From Zygnema circumcarinatum SAG 698-1b (taxonomy: Eukaryota; Plantae; Zygnematophyceae): a DNA stretch of 64,000 bases. The stretch's first letter is position 1. Each line of letters starts with the position of its first letter. Made by a program: the position numbers and the translations under genes. The stretch lies in assembly GCA_037447605.1 (NCBI GenBank), contig CM074807.1:248001-312000 (forward strand), written 5' to 3'. Positions 42,924-56,925 of this stretch are shown here, piece by piece. Below the pieces are notes generated by a model, which had not been told where the DNA came from, did no database searches, and saw only the letters and a program-made list of their open reading frames with translations.

Positions 42924-44139
42924 TTAACCAATAAGAACCTTGGAGTCCTCCAAAAACTTGTATGGGGGCACCTCCAGATTGTATGGAGCCGGACCCTTCC
43001 TTACTCGGCCAGATATGTCATAGTGAGAACCATGGCACGGGCAAAACCAGCCTCCATAATCCCCAGCATTCGGAAGTGGGACACACCCAAGATGAGTGCA
43101 GACTCCCACTACCACAAGCCACTCTGGATTCGCAGCGCGCACAGCATCTTCCTGTGGATCCCTCAGCTCAGACAAACTCACATGATTGGCATTCTCAATG
43201 TCACCCTCAGTTCGGTGTCGGATAAACACGGGTTTGCCTCGCCACTTCACCGTCACTGTCTGCCCGAGGGCAATGTTGGAAAGGTCTACTTCAAGAGAGG
43301 CGAGAGCCAAGACATCCTTGCTAGCTGACATACTAAGGATGAACTTGAGCAGCAGAAGGCGCAATGCTGACGCGTAGATGAAACGCCCGCCGGTGAGAAC
43401 AAGATATGTGAAAGCACGCTTGCTCGGGTCGCCAACGGGAAAGCGTTCGTGGTTTCCCTCATCGTAGGTAATAGCATTTGTAGGGTTTTTCAGGGCCACA
43501 GTTGTTGCTCCTTGAGCGGGAGGAGGGTTCATAACCGCATCAGCGGCAAATCCTGTTATTGATGGGCGAAAAAAGAACGCGAGGGGGCGGGCGGCACATC
43601 AGAAACGTCCTCCATTTTACTAAATAACAAACAAACTCCACAAATATAGGGCATTCTTTTGAAAACATTCATTCAGTTTCAATCAAAAAGACCTTCCATT
43701 CACTAACACTTTCACTTTTACTATCTATAGACACCGATCGTATTTTGTTGCTACCATTCTTGTTCCATCAATGAGAGACAACTGTCTATCCTACCGCTTA
43801 CACTACTGTTTTCAAGAAATGTCGAAAGGGTGCCTACCTGTTTCTCTCGGGCTGATATTCCTGAGCTTCTATAATTGGCAGTCTTAGCAGTCATCCCTCG
43901 ACTTACACATCCTGCAACATGCTACCGTGCATGGGTATGAACACGCCAGAGAGCAGCATACCTCTTGAAAACGGAACTGGATCCAGCCGATTCCCGGTCT
44001 CAGTTCCTGCAGAGTGCGGCACGGAGCTGCTGGCCGCCCGCAGCGGAGCTCCCTGCAGGCTCCATGGCGCGGCAGTCCTTCCCAAAGCCCGTCCTGCCGC
44101 CGCCTTCGCCGCCGCTCGAGCAACGCGCGCAGATAACAT
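42924..44139 (-). CDS. UQCRFS1: Mitochondrial cytochrome bc1 Rieske Fe-S subunit (2 exons: 44139-43962, 43552-42924)
   Basis: Presequence [17 protein letters not shown]; [67 protein letters not shown]. Confidence 0.96.
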
Positions 44140-44786
44140 CCTTCCCGGCAGCTATGGCGGCCTCCGCAGACGCCTCTGCCTCTGCCCTGCCGTTTAGGGT
44201 TTCCTCTCGCAGCTCCCTCTCAAGAGGGCAGCTGTTGTGATGTAGCGGACTAGTGATGTTGAGGATGGCGGTGATGTAACGCCATGACATACTGTACCGA
44301 CTGATTGTACCAACTGTACGGTATAATGTCGGTTTCTCGGGGTTGGAAGGTACAGTACTGTACACGGTACTATGTAGGGCATGTGCTCTGGACGCGATGA
44401 TGCTAGCTAGCAGCTAATGGCAGCGTGCCACGTGTACAATTTGTCTACGTGGCAATTTGCAATTTTGCGGGGATGTTACACATTGAGAAACAGTACAATT
44501 TCATTCGTGAATTTCATGACTCGGCCTTCTCCAATATGGTCGTCTCATGTTGGTCTGAAAGTCGCTCATGCTTTCATGAACGTGAATTCAATGTGGCGAG
44601 GGCTAACGTTGTGGCCCGCATGTTGACTGTTGTAGTTGTTTTAGTTGCAAGTTTCATGTTCCATTGTTGAACAACACCCATTCCCAATACCTTTTCTTAC
44701 TTTTTACTCTCATCCCTCCTGCAAGCGACTATCTGAGTTTAGTCGACATGAAACCAGTCACCAAACGAAGTGTTGTTTCTCGCCGT

Positions 44787-47700
44787 TCAGTCTTCCAGGT
44801 GGAGGGACCGGTCCCTGGTTTCAGAGGCGCCGCAAATCTCAGCCACAAAGGCCTTCACGTCTCCCTTGGCGCAATCGAAGCTCAGCAGCTTGTCCACAAA
44901 TCCCTGCAAGGTTTCACATTCGCCAGTGACAATGTTCCTTCAATGTTCTCTCTCACCTATCTCTAAAAACCTGACTGACCTGTTCACCTGCACACCGCCA
45001 GTTCTGCATGGAAACATGCAAACATTTTATCGCACGTAGAGCACCTTATAGCACTGGTCCCTGGTCGCGAGCTGCGAGCTGTAGAGCCGCCGAATAAGCG
45101 CGGCCTCCTTAATTTGCCTCGTTATTTCCTTGGCTCGAGAGACAATGTTTGGAGGCACACCTGCAATTATTTGTATCGGCTGTAAATTCTAGGATCATAA
45201 GAAGGGAAGGTGGAATCTCGATAATACTGAAGAGGAAGGTTAATTTTCTTAAGGACGGACTAATGCTCCGACAACATAAGGAGGAAGAAAGTAGGCAGTG
45301 TTGCTCCCATTAAGGAGGATGACGAGAGGGAGGGAGGAAGAGAGAGAGGGAGAGAGTTCACCCGCTAGTTCTGCGCAATGGACGCCAAAGCTCTCTTTTG
45401 CTCGGCCGGGAATAAGGCTGAAAATTGTCAACAACGGAGCAGGTAAGTGATTCAAGTCAACAGATTGCGGTGCCTCCAGAAGTGGGTAAGCCACGAGAAC
45501 ATAAGAGGCAACAGGACAGACTTCAACTCAGAAAACCCCGACAGACAATAAGGGAGATTACTTCATGATTTATACCACTCCTTTAGTGTCTGTTAGTAAG
45601 GCACTTAAAGGGGGATCTGCTAGGGATGGAGGTTCAGGTGTAAGGGAATGCAAACAGTGAAGGTAAGAGCTTGCCGATAAAGGAACACAATTTCATCGAA
45701 TGGTTTCTGGCCGGAGCTCTGCTCCGGTGCTTCAACCTCCTTTTGCTTCGACGGCTCCAACACACTCATTGTGTAGAATGCGATTTTTTTACTCTGTCGT
45801 CGACATAAGAAAACAACCCAAGTATCTGCTTCAGAAGTTATTACACCTCTTTACGAAGCAAATGTGCCGCCAACGATATAAAAAAAAGTCATTCATGCCT
45901 TTCACGACATGAGTGTGAAGCTACTTGGTCATAAAAACAATGTGATCTGAATACAAGTCTCTTGAAAAACAGCATTAAAAGGCGAGGGCGGGGGAAGAGG
46001 GGGTGGGCTGTGGGGGGTGAGGTGAGGGAGAGAGCGGATTTACAAGCCCCGAAACTGCAGCGGAAGAACTAAGTGCTGGTGGACTTACCAGGCTGAGAGA
46101 TTCCATTACTTCACCGAAGTGGGTGCAGACCAACATCTTTGGAGGTGCTGGCATTGCCGCCACGTGGGATAGTGATGCGAATAAAAGCCCAAGACCATCT
46201 GTGCCCATCTCTCTCAACAAACGTAACTTCAGCCATCCATCTCATGGAAGTTGATCTTGGAGTTACACAATCTCAGCCAAGTACCAACTCATGGCACCAC
46301 CAGTACATAAGTAAACTTGTGGTTGGTTAGCTTAGGAACTACAAGGGCTAAGTCTCGACGTACCAGCTGTGAGAGTTCCTTTACCGAATTCATCCACAAT
46401 ACAAAGTGAACGAGAAGTTGCATGGCGGAGCATGGCCGACATCTGCTTGAGATCGATCATGAATGTCGATTGGGAAGCAGACGTGCTCTCCCTACTAGCA
46501 ACCCGCGTAAAGATTCTGACCATACAAACGGACGCATACAAATGACTTGGTTATGCTCAGCGAGGTGGTCGGGACAGGTATGTAGTCGGTCCTGAACTTG
46601 AACAAAAATCGACCGGAATAGCGTTTAATTTGAAATCCCGGTACAAGTTAGTAAGAATACAAAAAAAAAAAAAAAAAAAGAAGAAACATATGCAGGTTCA
46701 ACATGCTGTAGTCCCTTTGCTAAAGAGAAAGGCACCAGATTTCATATTTCTTAGCCTTCACCTGTCAGTGATGCCAACTGTAGCCTCGTCAGCAGGTACA
46801 AAGGAACCTATGTGGGCCAAAAACACAATCAAAGCGACCTGTTCCACCCGATCACGAGAGGATTGTCACATGGTAAGTCATAGCAGTGGAAATCCAAAAC
46901 AATCCCCATGTTTCTTTCAGTGAAAAAGCAGCTCACAGGATGTGACTAGGAGATACCTGCTTTGCGTAAATGCTTTTACCGGAGTAATTTGGGCCCGTGA
47001 TCACACATACACGACCTGTGGGATTCATCTTAGTCACTCGATCAGCCAGATCGGTTGTAAAGTGTAACTTGGAACCTTTAGGTCCTTAGGAAACTCAACA
47101 ATGGTGGTCTGGAGGGAAAGAAGTGATTGAATTCACGTCGCGGGTTAAGGGGAGGTTTTTTTGAGTACAGGCAGGTAAGAAATCTTGAGTACGCGTTGCA
47201 TTACTACCATCCAGGGGGTAGGTTTGAAGGAATGTGGTTGATTAAGAGAGGGAGGGTCTAAAGGTCCATTACCTTCAGCTGTGATGTTCGTGTCATTTGG
47301 AACAAAAGTGTCGACCGTCATTTCTTGCAACATGTGTCTGTCGAGAACAAACGGAATTTTGAGACAGCTGACCCCTTCACATTCTTGCACTCTGCCTGCG
47401 TTTGAAATGGAATTCACCGATACAAAAGAGAGCAGAAAAGAGCAAAAGCGAGCAGTATTGACTCTCTGACAGCTCCTCATTTTGGATGTTGAACAGCAAA
47501 AGCAAAAAGCACAAGCATTTCCGTGACCCCTCCACGAGTCGCTTAAGCAGAATGCTGAACAATCGTGTTTCAAACTCGCAGTTTCGAAGGAGTGAAATAT
47601 GCGGGTAGGTACGAGCATCAGCTCCACCGAATTTTTGCTGTGCGCTTCGAGTGCCGGCAACAGTGCGACAGTGAAGTATGGTTGGGCAATTCACCTGCCA

Positions 47701-50700
47701 TTTTTTATCTGTAGAACATTCTCTTTTGTCAATGTAGGCCGTACATAGTTGTTTTCTCTGGCGCAAAGAGTCAACGCGATCAGGCTGCAATCCCCTAAAA
47801 CGAGGTCTGGAAGTCAACCTACGCACTCAGAGAATGGATGAAGGTATCGCAGGAGATGAAAACTTCTTGGATTCTTTCTTTGATCATGCACGAGAAAGAG
47901 AAGACATGTCCAACCTGTTAGCACATGGAACACCTGCCGAAACTTTCACAACAAGGAGAAATGCACCCATATGCAATGCATGTAGACGTAAAGCTGTAAA
48001 CCAAAGTTCCAGTGAGAGCCAAGTCTGTTTGCTACCTCTACACTTTGTATGGTGCTCACCAGTCAAGCTCTGCAACAACTCCCGCTGCCTTACAAAGTGC
48101 GTCTTCCTTTTCCAGAACACGTTTCTCCAAATCCCGCAGGAGAGCGCTTTCCATGTCTGTTCAGGGTTTCTCCAGCAACCCCAACCCCAATTGGCACTTT
48201 CAGAAAAACTTTAACATTTTAGAGTCTCTGCATCTCCTTGATCGAATAACACATCGGAGCGGTAGATATGCGCTTATGGAAAACAATAGTCCAAATAAAT
48301 CGATCAGATTGCAGGGGACCTACCGAGAATTTTGTGAAATACGTCTCCAAGGATAGCATCAAGTTCCTTCGTCTTGGGAGTATGGTAGAAGGAGCCATGC
48401 CCATAAAAGTCGTCACCTTCAAACTAATCCCACAGGGTCCGGACTCCAATCATAAAAGGGTCAATTTTACTGTAAGCCATTTTTCAGCTATCTGACAGCC
48501 AGCTGCTGTGAATGCATTTTCCCGTAGTCCACAGGTTCAGTAGAGTTCGCCAAATTGTCCGAAGAAAACGATTGAATACAAAAAAAAAAAAATCACCCAA
48601 AAAGACCTGTCTGGTCACATACCGCAAATATCACATCAGAGAGGCTCTCCACAAAGTCGAGTGCGTCCCGTGTCCCCTCAATTCGCAACAGGTATCCTGC
48701 AAAATTACGTAACTCAGCCTCAATAGTGGCCGGCATACAGCATGTCTATCAAGGGCAATTCTTTCATAGCGTAAGTGAACGGGACCCACCAACTTGAGGA
48801 ATATACTGAATCGTGGACTTTGCTACGGTCTCTCTCTCCACAACAGCTACAGGCCACGATTTCAGCTCACTAGCAGCAACCTGCATAATGAGGAAGCTCA
48901 ATGTTAAAACGTCAAAAATTGGTATCAAAGCTCATAACTGAAATCGCGATAGAACTGACACGTAAGACAAACACGCAAGCACTCGAAACAGTGGACATAA
49001 GAAGGAAAATCCAAGTTTTTTCTTAGCAACAATAGTCGGTTGATTGATAGAAAAGTGGAAGGCGAGGTATGAAGCTCACCTGGGAAAGAAAATCTGGAAT
49101 TCCCTCATAGAGGCTCTTAAGTTCATCCAACTGCACCCTCGACCTCTCGGATCAGCAGGAACAAATGTGGCAAGTGCCATGAAAAAAACAGAATGTCCCT
49201 TATGATGCCAAGGGATCGGTAAAGCAGTAGCCAAAAGCTGCAATTCAGTGCACTTCATATGCATGAAGCATATATGAAGCTGATGCGATGGCAACTGCAG
49301 CATGATACTTTGTTGCAGCCTTACATCTTCATGTGCAGGACACTGCCGAGCGAAAAAATTGAGCTTCTAACACGAACAGTACCTCTTTGCAGATGCCTCC
49401 AGCAATCAGAGTTTCAGTGCTTTCTCCGCATGTTTGGTCAACGTCTATAACCCCATTTATCTGTCAAAGCCACCAAACTGACTTCCTATCAACTGCTGGA
49501 ATGTTAGTTCATACACTTATCAGCTTCCTTAATTACACCTACAGAAGCGGAATTTGTTTGTAACTGTGAACGTTTTACGTCGATGAATGATCCCATTAAA
49601 GTAAAAGAGTTTGTTTGTTTTTGCTGACGACTGTACATTACCGTCCCATAGGTAACTGCTGGCGTAGGCGGGTGCAATTAGAACTCTGGTAAACAAAAGA
49701 AGTGAAGAAGAAGCTCTAAATGTAGACCCACGTACCAAGTCACGAACGTATGCTACGTCAGCATCCATAGTCTCGAAAACCTGCACAGACGGGTTATGAA
49801 ATTTTTTCAACTAAGAAGCTTAGCAGCTTGTACAAAGGAACAACAAAATACAAGAGCCACGACACTCAAAAGAAAAGTGAAGAAGTTTCAAGTGAAACTT
49901 TTACGCACATTTTTCAGCCGAGTAGTGAAGTTCAGACTACATTCAATGCAAGAGTTTGCAAAGTTTTGCTGTCGAGGCATGGAACACTTGTTGACAACTC
50001 ACATAGCAAGAGAAATCTGTGGACAAAGCCGAACACAACTGATGATGTCGAACCACAAGCGCACCTTTTTGAAGAGCCGAAGTTCACACCACTTTGTTGA
50101 ATTTTCATGTTGTGCAAACCCAAACTCAAAGAGCTCGCGCATTTGGAGAAGGTGCGCCGTACTCTGCCATTGGAGAGGAAGATTGGGCAGGAAGATGGAG
50201 AAAGGAAATGCTTCAAATTCATTCAGTCCTGGCCAAAGGCCGGCTTCTTATGGAACTTAAATTGGAATTGAAAAAACCGAAACTGCAAATCGACTTAGAT
50301 AGTCTGTCGTTACCTTCCTAGGCAGCTGAAACAGTCTAATTTTCTGCACTTGTTTTTCTTCATATTGATTCTGACAATGGATTCCTTCTCTCACCTGAAG
50401 CAATTGATGCCAGTCCCTCTTTGTTATGAGGGTGCTAGCAGACCCCAGCTTCTGGATTCGCGTACAAAGAAAAACCCGTCAGCAATTCTGCAAAACCGCT
50501 CTTACACATAACGCCTCTGAATCAGAACCAATTTTGTCTTGTTCGCAGCTTAACAGTGTCATAAATCTTTGAATTTCGTTTGATACGACCTAACGATTTG
50601 ACCTGCAGCTTCCCAAAGTGATTTTCAATCATCAAGTCAAGCTGTACCTGCATGAGTTTGGGGATATCTTTGATATGTCTCAGCACGTCAAGCAGTAGTT

Positions 50701-53614
50701 TCATGAGATCCGGAGACGCCTTGAAAAATTCTATCTGTTCCACAGCAGAGATTACAGTCATTGCTTGAACCCAACAAGGTCATGCTTCCCTACCTAATGT
50801 CTGCAATGCCTCTATGCAAAAGTCCAAAGCCAGTAAGGGTACCGTTGCCTGCCGGTCATGAATGACATCAAGCTGGACCACAGGTCGGAGGAACCAGAGC
50901 CTGAGGCAGAAAAGAATGAGACCGTCAGCAAAAGCTTAAAAGATTTTCCCATCTGCCCCCCCCCCCCCCTTTTTTTTTTTTTTTAAATGTCAGGCTCCAT
51001 AACCGTCAAAATGAAAGGGCTGTTGACTAAGGTAGAAAGAGAAGTTTGAGGTGATTTTTTTGGGGTAAAGTTGCTGCATTTGTAATGTTTTAATGCATAG
51101 ACTTAGAAAGCAGAAAAGTTCACCTTAGTAAGCGGCGGCCACTTTGTGTGACACACTGCACACAGACATAGTACAAATCGATTGTCCAGGATATTCCAGG
51201 ACCTCAATGCAAACACAAAATACACAAATAAGGAAACGGTCGAATTCCTCCTTTTTGAGTGGGGCATTTCAAACGAGGTACTTGCAACTGACCTTGTTTA
51301 TTACGCCAAAAACCGAAAACCTGAAAGCCAGGAAAACATGTCACTGGAGAAGTCTCCTAGATCAAAACCATCTCTGTGCTCGATAAAAAAATTCAACGCT
51401 GTAAGTACTGAGGTTGAATACACAACAAAGCTTGAAATCATGTGGCTTCTATAACAGGTATGACTGCTAAGCACATTACCCTTCTTTGGACTTTCCAATG
51501 CCCATCGAGCTTGCATGTTTCTCCAATTGGAAAATTTGGAGCGCATCATGCGTCGTTGCGTCAACAGTCAAATAATCATCTCTGCGAAAGGTGAAGGATT
51601 CAGCAAGCTGATGAAAATCTTCAGAAGTAACTGCCCTGCCAATTTTTGCTCATCATAGGGTCGACATCTGACTGTTAAAGCATGCTAAAACAGAAAAGTA
51701 GGCCAAGCAATTGAAGGGAGAACTCAGGTGCAGAGTTTGGAAGTTCTGGATACAAGTGCAGTTGCGATATCCCCTTTAGGCGAACGGAAAAATTCCCATC
51801 AGTATCAGCGTTTTCACCACCGTCAAATCGATCAATAACTAACTCTTCTTGAAGTATAGCCAAAAGTCCTCCCGCAGCACGAACTTGAACGTCATTGTCA
51901 AAGTTGATCATAGACATGAGCTGATGAACACAGAAAAAGGACGAGCAGGGGACATTTCACTCAGTTGCCGGTTCTGGGCCTTGAAAAAAAAACCTGGGAG
52001 CTAAGCGGTGATTGAGGTTAGAAAAATGATATAAATGCCTCCATCGGTTTGGAGCCTGTTGCTCGTATGCATTGGGCGCATTCGGAATGTAGTTCAAATT
52101 CCAACCCACAAGAAACCTGAATGCAAGCAACAATGTACTTGGCTGTTGTCCTCCTTTCTCCCTGCGCTTAACAAACACATCAGAAGCGGGTGCTTCGTCA
52201 TACTGACCAGCTGCAGTCTCTGTCGATCAGTCAATCCTTCTGGCATGTCCGTCCACTGCGCATACGACAGCCTGCAGGTTGACAAGCTAATAAATTTAAC
52301 GTTTTCCAGAAAGAAAGCTGTCACTAATCCTCTGCTCTGTTCAAAATGAACCAGGAAATTTTGAAGAAAGTATACTTGTCACATGAATCTAACGCTCGAT
52401 ACCTGTGCTTGGCTTGCTCGAAGCTGAAAATGGAGCTCTTTACAATTTTCACAGAAAATTCAGGCCCGTCCGTTGTCACTAGCGAGACACACAGAAGTGC
52501 AGCCCGTCAGCCAGAAAAAGAAAAGGGGGGGGGAAGAGGAGGAGGGGAAAAAGGGGGCGGCACAAGCACTTCAGCATGAAAAAATATAGAACACCAGCCA
52601 ATTCGAAAGAGCAACAGTCTAAGAGCTTACCTGGCTGCCGCATTGCTGCCAGCAAAAGGTCGTCTACCTTTGATGTCGTATAAATAACAGCAGGCTGAAG
52701 CTGGAATTTAACTGCACATGGAAATGTTGACAGCACTTAGGCACTGCTAACGTAGACTGAAGAAATATGTTACATATGTACGTAAAGTGTTCGTGTATGT
52801 AATGATCTAGTGCGATTCTTTGCCGAGACTAAATGTCCTAAGGTGCCGGCTTTTACGGTTGAAGCTCTGACAGCGAAATGCGAGACAGGATATACGTAGG
52901 ATGCACTTCCGATGTTGATCGACTTCATATCCATTTGCATGTTTCCTTCGTGTTCAATAAGTGCAAGAATACTGCGCTTTCAGCAAGAAGTCTAACACCA
53001 TAGAAACATACGCAATTGCAGGCAGGGGAAGTCCTCTGTCGCAGGGTCTTCCCATGTTTCCATAGCTTGAAGCTGACCCGTTCGCCCATCGTAGCATGCA
53101 ACACCGAGCCTGCCCTTGAAAAAACAGAGCCAACTGTTGCAACGTAAAGAAGAAATGAATTCATGGCGCTCAATACAAGCTAAAAATCCTTCGCAGTCCA
53201 CATGGAGACATTCTTCTGGATCGTAACAGAAATGAAAGGCAAGGGAACAACATCTAGATCCTCCAAAACTGGCGTTCGAAAAACACTGAAATAAGCTTAG
53301 TTGCATTGCATTGTTCTGCTTTCAACAAGTAAGTTCACTTTTCAGCCCTATACGAAACATCACAGCATCTGGACATACCTTCGCCCTTGCATTAAGCAGC
53401 AGAGGTGTACCTGCCAGAAAACAATAAGCACCACGATTCCACAAAAACGCTCAGATTTTAGCCTTCAACGAATCTTTTCGTTCAGAATCGACGACTTCCT
53501 ACGCTGCGACTCTGTTTATCGTGTCAATCCACTTACTTGCTCCGACTCATCATCGTCATTGTCCTCCTCCTCGCCTGCTGCATCGACTCCTTCATCATTA
53601 AACGTGTCAAACAT
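44787..53614 (-). CDS. MSH5: Meiotic MutS homolog 5, more than 20 exons (not every exon resolved)
   Basis: ATG 53614 (MFDTFNDEG..). Exons include [115 protein letters not shown], Walker [27 protein letters not shown], Walker [25 protein letters not shown] and VDKLLSFDC; stop at 44787-44789. Confidence 0.94.
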
Positions 53615-54597
53615 ATAGCGGTCAGCCATCATATTGACAATAAAAAGTATGCCCGAGCTAGCAAATCGCCAGCCAGTCCGAGCAAGCTTCTGATGCTAAA
53701 CATCCGCTGGGGAGAAGCGCCTTCTGTGGCACCTGCAAGAAGTCGCCGGCCTTTCCTTCACAGAAGGTCAGGGCCGTCCTTGTCCATGGCACAGTTGCAT
53801 TTCCAGTTCTGTTCAAAAACCCGTCCTTCCAATGACCGCCCGCCAAGTGACCATATTGGGAGTAGCACGTGAAGGTCACGGAACGGCGTCACATGGATCT
53901 GCGACTGTCCCTTGGGCTACAATATGGCGGTCTCGAAATGGCTATGACGATCATGATATGATATGATGGCTCTCATGTGGAACATGGAATGGGAACAGCG
54001 CCCCATGTCCATATGATGGCTCACATGAGCTATCAACTGTCGTATGCTTTCTCTCCGCAAAGCTTGCAGCGATAAGATTTTAGATATTGACGATGCAAGG
54101 TCGACCCACCGCCAATTTCATTTACAGGAAAAAACTTGTAAATGTAAAATATCAGCCAAAATAGTGCTCATCAAATCATGGAAATTGTTGCTTTACAAAT
54201 GGTTTGCACACAGACTTATTTTGCTTGCGCAACAACACGTTTTGAGTTTACAAACAATTCCGAACTTATGAGAAAAAGAAAAAAAGAACAAACTTGTCCT
54301 CATTAAGGATGACGCTGCTAAACTATCATCTCACTGCACTCGTGGTCGTCCAGTTCTATGATCAGTTACAACTCTCTTGACTGCACTTTGAAAACTGAGT
54401 AGCGATGGAAACTGCAAACATAATATATGTTGCAGCAAAAAAATCGCTATCCCAGTTGACCAAACTACACTAGAACTGAAACTGAAACTGATCCTGCAAC
54501 TGCAACTGGAACTGCCATAGACACCGACTAATGCAAGACTCAAAAAATGCGACACCCCCATCCTCATCCTCTGCCTATCTCTACGGCGCTGTGGCCG

Positions 54598-54658
54598 AAC
54601 TGCAACTGCAACTGCAACTGCAACTGCAACTGCAACTGCAACTGCAGCTGCAACTGCA
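54598..54658. repeat. (ACTGCA)n hexamer repeat
   Basis: Direct reading; this run is not expanded in copy 2. Confidence 0.9.
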
Positions 54659-54860
54659 GATGACATGGACACAGAACCAAAAAAGAATGCAAAACTCCAG
54701 CAAGTGCCTGCAGCAAGTGGTCCTATCCTCTGTGTGGTGTGTCTCTACGCCGCTGTGGCCGAACTGAACTGCAACCGGCATGGACACCGAATCAAAAAAG
54801 GAATGCAAAAATCCAACGTGTGCCTGCAGCAAGTGGCCCTATCCTCTGTGTGGTGTGTCT

Positions 54861-56804
54861 CTACGCCGCTGTGGCCGCCTCCGGCCAACCGCGAATGGCT
54901 GCGACGGCACAGGCCTCCTCCAGCACTCGATCCGCCACGCTCACCGCCTCCACCTTCACAAACTCGTGGACTTTGCGCGTCTGCAAGCAAGCAAGCAGGC
55001 AGACAAGCAGACAGAGGCAGCTTCAGCTACGGAGGAAGGGAGCAGGATAGAAACAAAGAGAGTGAGAGAGCGAAACGAAGGGGGGATAACAACGCAAGGA
55101 GAGGTCGAGCGGGGTCCGTTGACTCACGTATATTAAGAGGAGCTGATGGCCGATTTCTCGGTATTCATCCCTCAGCTGGCGGCGCGTCTCCTTCTCGTTC
55201 CACAGCTCATCCAGCCGCCGCGAGTCGTCCCACTCGCTTTTGAGCTTCCGAAACTCATCTCGTTTGCTCGCCACTTCCTTGTACGCCTCCAAGCAGTCGC
55301 TCCCGAGCTCCTCCGCAGTCTTCAGCTTCGCGGCGTCGGCTTCTTCCATTGCTTTCCGGACCTGTCTCTTCCGCTCCTCCTCGGCACCTTCCTCCGCCAC
55401 CCTTTGCTCGCGGGCGGCCTTCCGAGCTGCCTCGGCTCTTTCCTGCGCATTCGCCACAAAAACATTCGGAAAATGAAATCAGCAAAAGGAATATTGTGTT
55501 TTCAAACTATCTCCCTTCATTATGCACCATCGCTACCTTTCTGCCTGATTTTGGTTCATTCAGATAAACATTCCAAGCAAGAAAGAAAGAGGAAGAGAGG
55601 AGAGCGTGGGAGGGACAGTGAAAGGGAGTGACTGAGACATAGGGAGAGAGAGAAAGATGATTCTCACCTCGGCTTGTTTTTGACTCTCGATCGATTTTCT
55701 GATCCACTTGTCATGCTTCAGAGCCGACTCCTGCAGCAGACAAACAAAGCGGGTAAGGCTCCTTGAGCTGCTTCAAGCTGTAAGCATACAAAGCTAGCCT
55801 AGTGAATAGCAGAATAAAAGTACCTTTGGCGTTGGCTTGAAACTTTCAATGCCGAGGAACATCCTCATGCCATGCGACAGACCTGGCAGAAGTTGACAGA
55901 AAACAAACGTGTAAGAAACAAAGAGTGTGAAAATAACATGTAAAATGAAAAAAAAAAAATGAAATCAAATGATTCCCCACTCGTCCCTTTGCAAGCAAAG
56001 CGACATATTAAATGCATACTCACCAGCTTCAACGCGCTCGTGCTGATAAAAACCATTCGCCGCCCTCTTTGAACGCTCCATGGGGGGTTGGAACACAGGG
56101 AGCAAATAAGGTCTCTGAGGCGCCTCCGCCTCCGCGGGCCGTTTGAGCGATGGAGCCGCGAGAGAGGGCGAGGTGGAGGTGGAGGCTCTCCTCCTCGGGC
56201 GGAAGAAGGGAGCGGGAGAGAAGGGGACGGGCGCAGCAGGCGACGCCATGCGGAGGCGCTTGACGCTGCCTCTTTTCGCCTCCCTCTCGGCGCACTCGCC
56301 CGCCTCCTCCTCCTCCTCCTCCTCAAGCCGCCGCTTCCTTGGCGCTGCCTCCTCCTCGGCCCTTGCGAGAGAGGCGGCGGCCGGGGCATGTGGCGGCGGC
56401 AGCGGAGGGAGCTCCACGACTTTGTGGAGGTGCGCGTATCCCAGCGCCACTTGGAGGAAGGCACGGCGATCGAGGGGGAGGCGATTGGGGCACAACTGCC
56501 ATGTGTACAACAACGCGCGCAACTGAGGGAGGGAGAGCTCGCGTAGGCGGTCGTCAACGGCGGCCCTTTTCCTCATGTGGGAGTCCTCGAGACTCGCAGA
56601 GGGCTCCTTGACAGGCGGCGGCAGGGGAGGGAGGTCGAGCACGCCGTACGCCTTGCTGTAGTCGAGGGCCGTCTGCGCGAAGGCGTCGCGGTCGGCGCCC
56701 GGCGCGGCGGTGTAGAGCCGCCAGTACGAGAGCAGCGCCTGCAGCTGGTTCAGCGCCAGCGCTCGCACGCGCTCGCGGAGGGAGGGCGAGGGCGCGGCAG
56801 CCAT
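54861..56804 (-). CDS. Unknown protein with two N-terminal SAP/HeH-like repeats, NLS-like and acidic stretches and a C-terminal coiled coil, copy 1
   Basis: ATG 56804 (MAAAPSPSLRERVRAL). Predicted phase-consistent exons: long exon to ..HERVEA; GLSHGMRMFLGIESFKPTPK; ESALKHDKWIRKSIESQKQAE; ERAEAARKAAREQ...HQLLLIY; TRKVHEFVK...ATAA* (stop 54861-54863). Confidence 0.65.
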
Positions 56805-56925
56805 GGCCGTGGCTCGATGCAGGAGAGAGAGAGAGAGAGCGCGAGAGAGAGAGAGAGAGAAGGTGAGGGAGAAATGATGGCCTGGGCCGGGGGGCGTGGC
56901 CTTGGGGTGGGCCCCGGGCAGCCCT

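Noticed and set aside
42371-42934. 187-aa + strand ORF antisense to the Rieske 3' end
   Set aside because: No recognisable motif; most likely a chance ORF.
54460-54480. CACTA words near the duplication edge as CACTA-transposon termini
   Set aside because: No matching TAGTG terminus or 3-bp TSD found; no transposase in the window.
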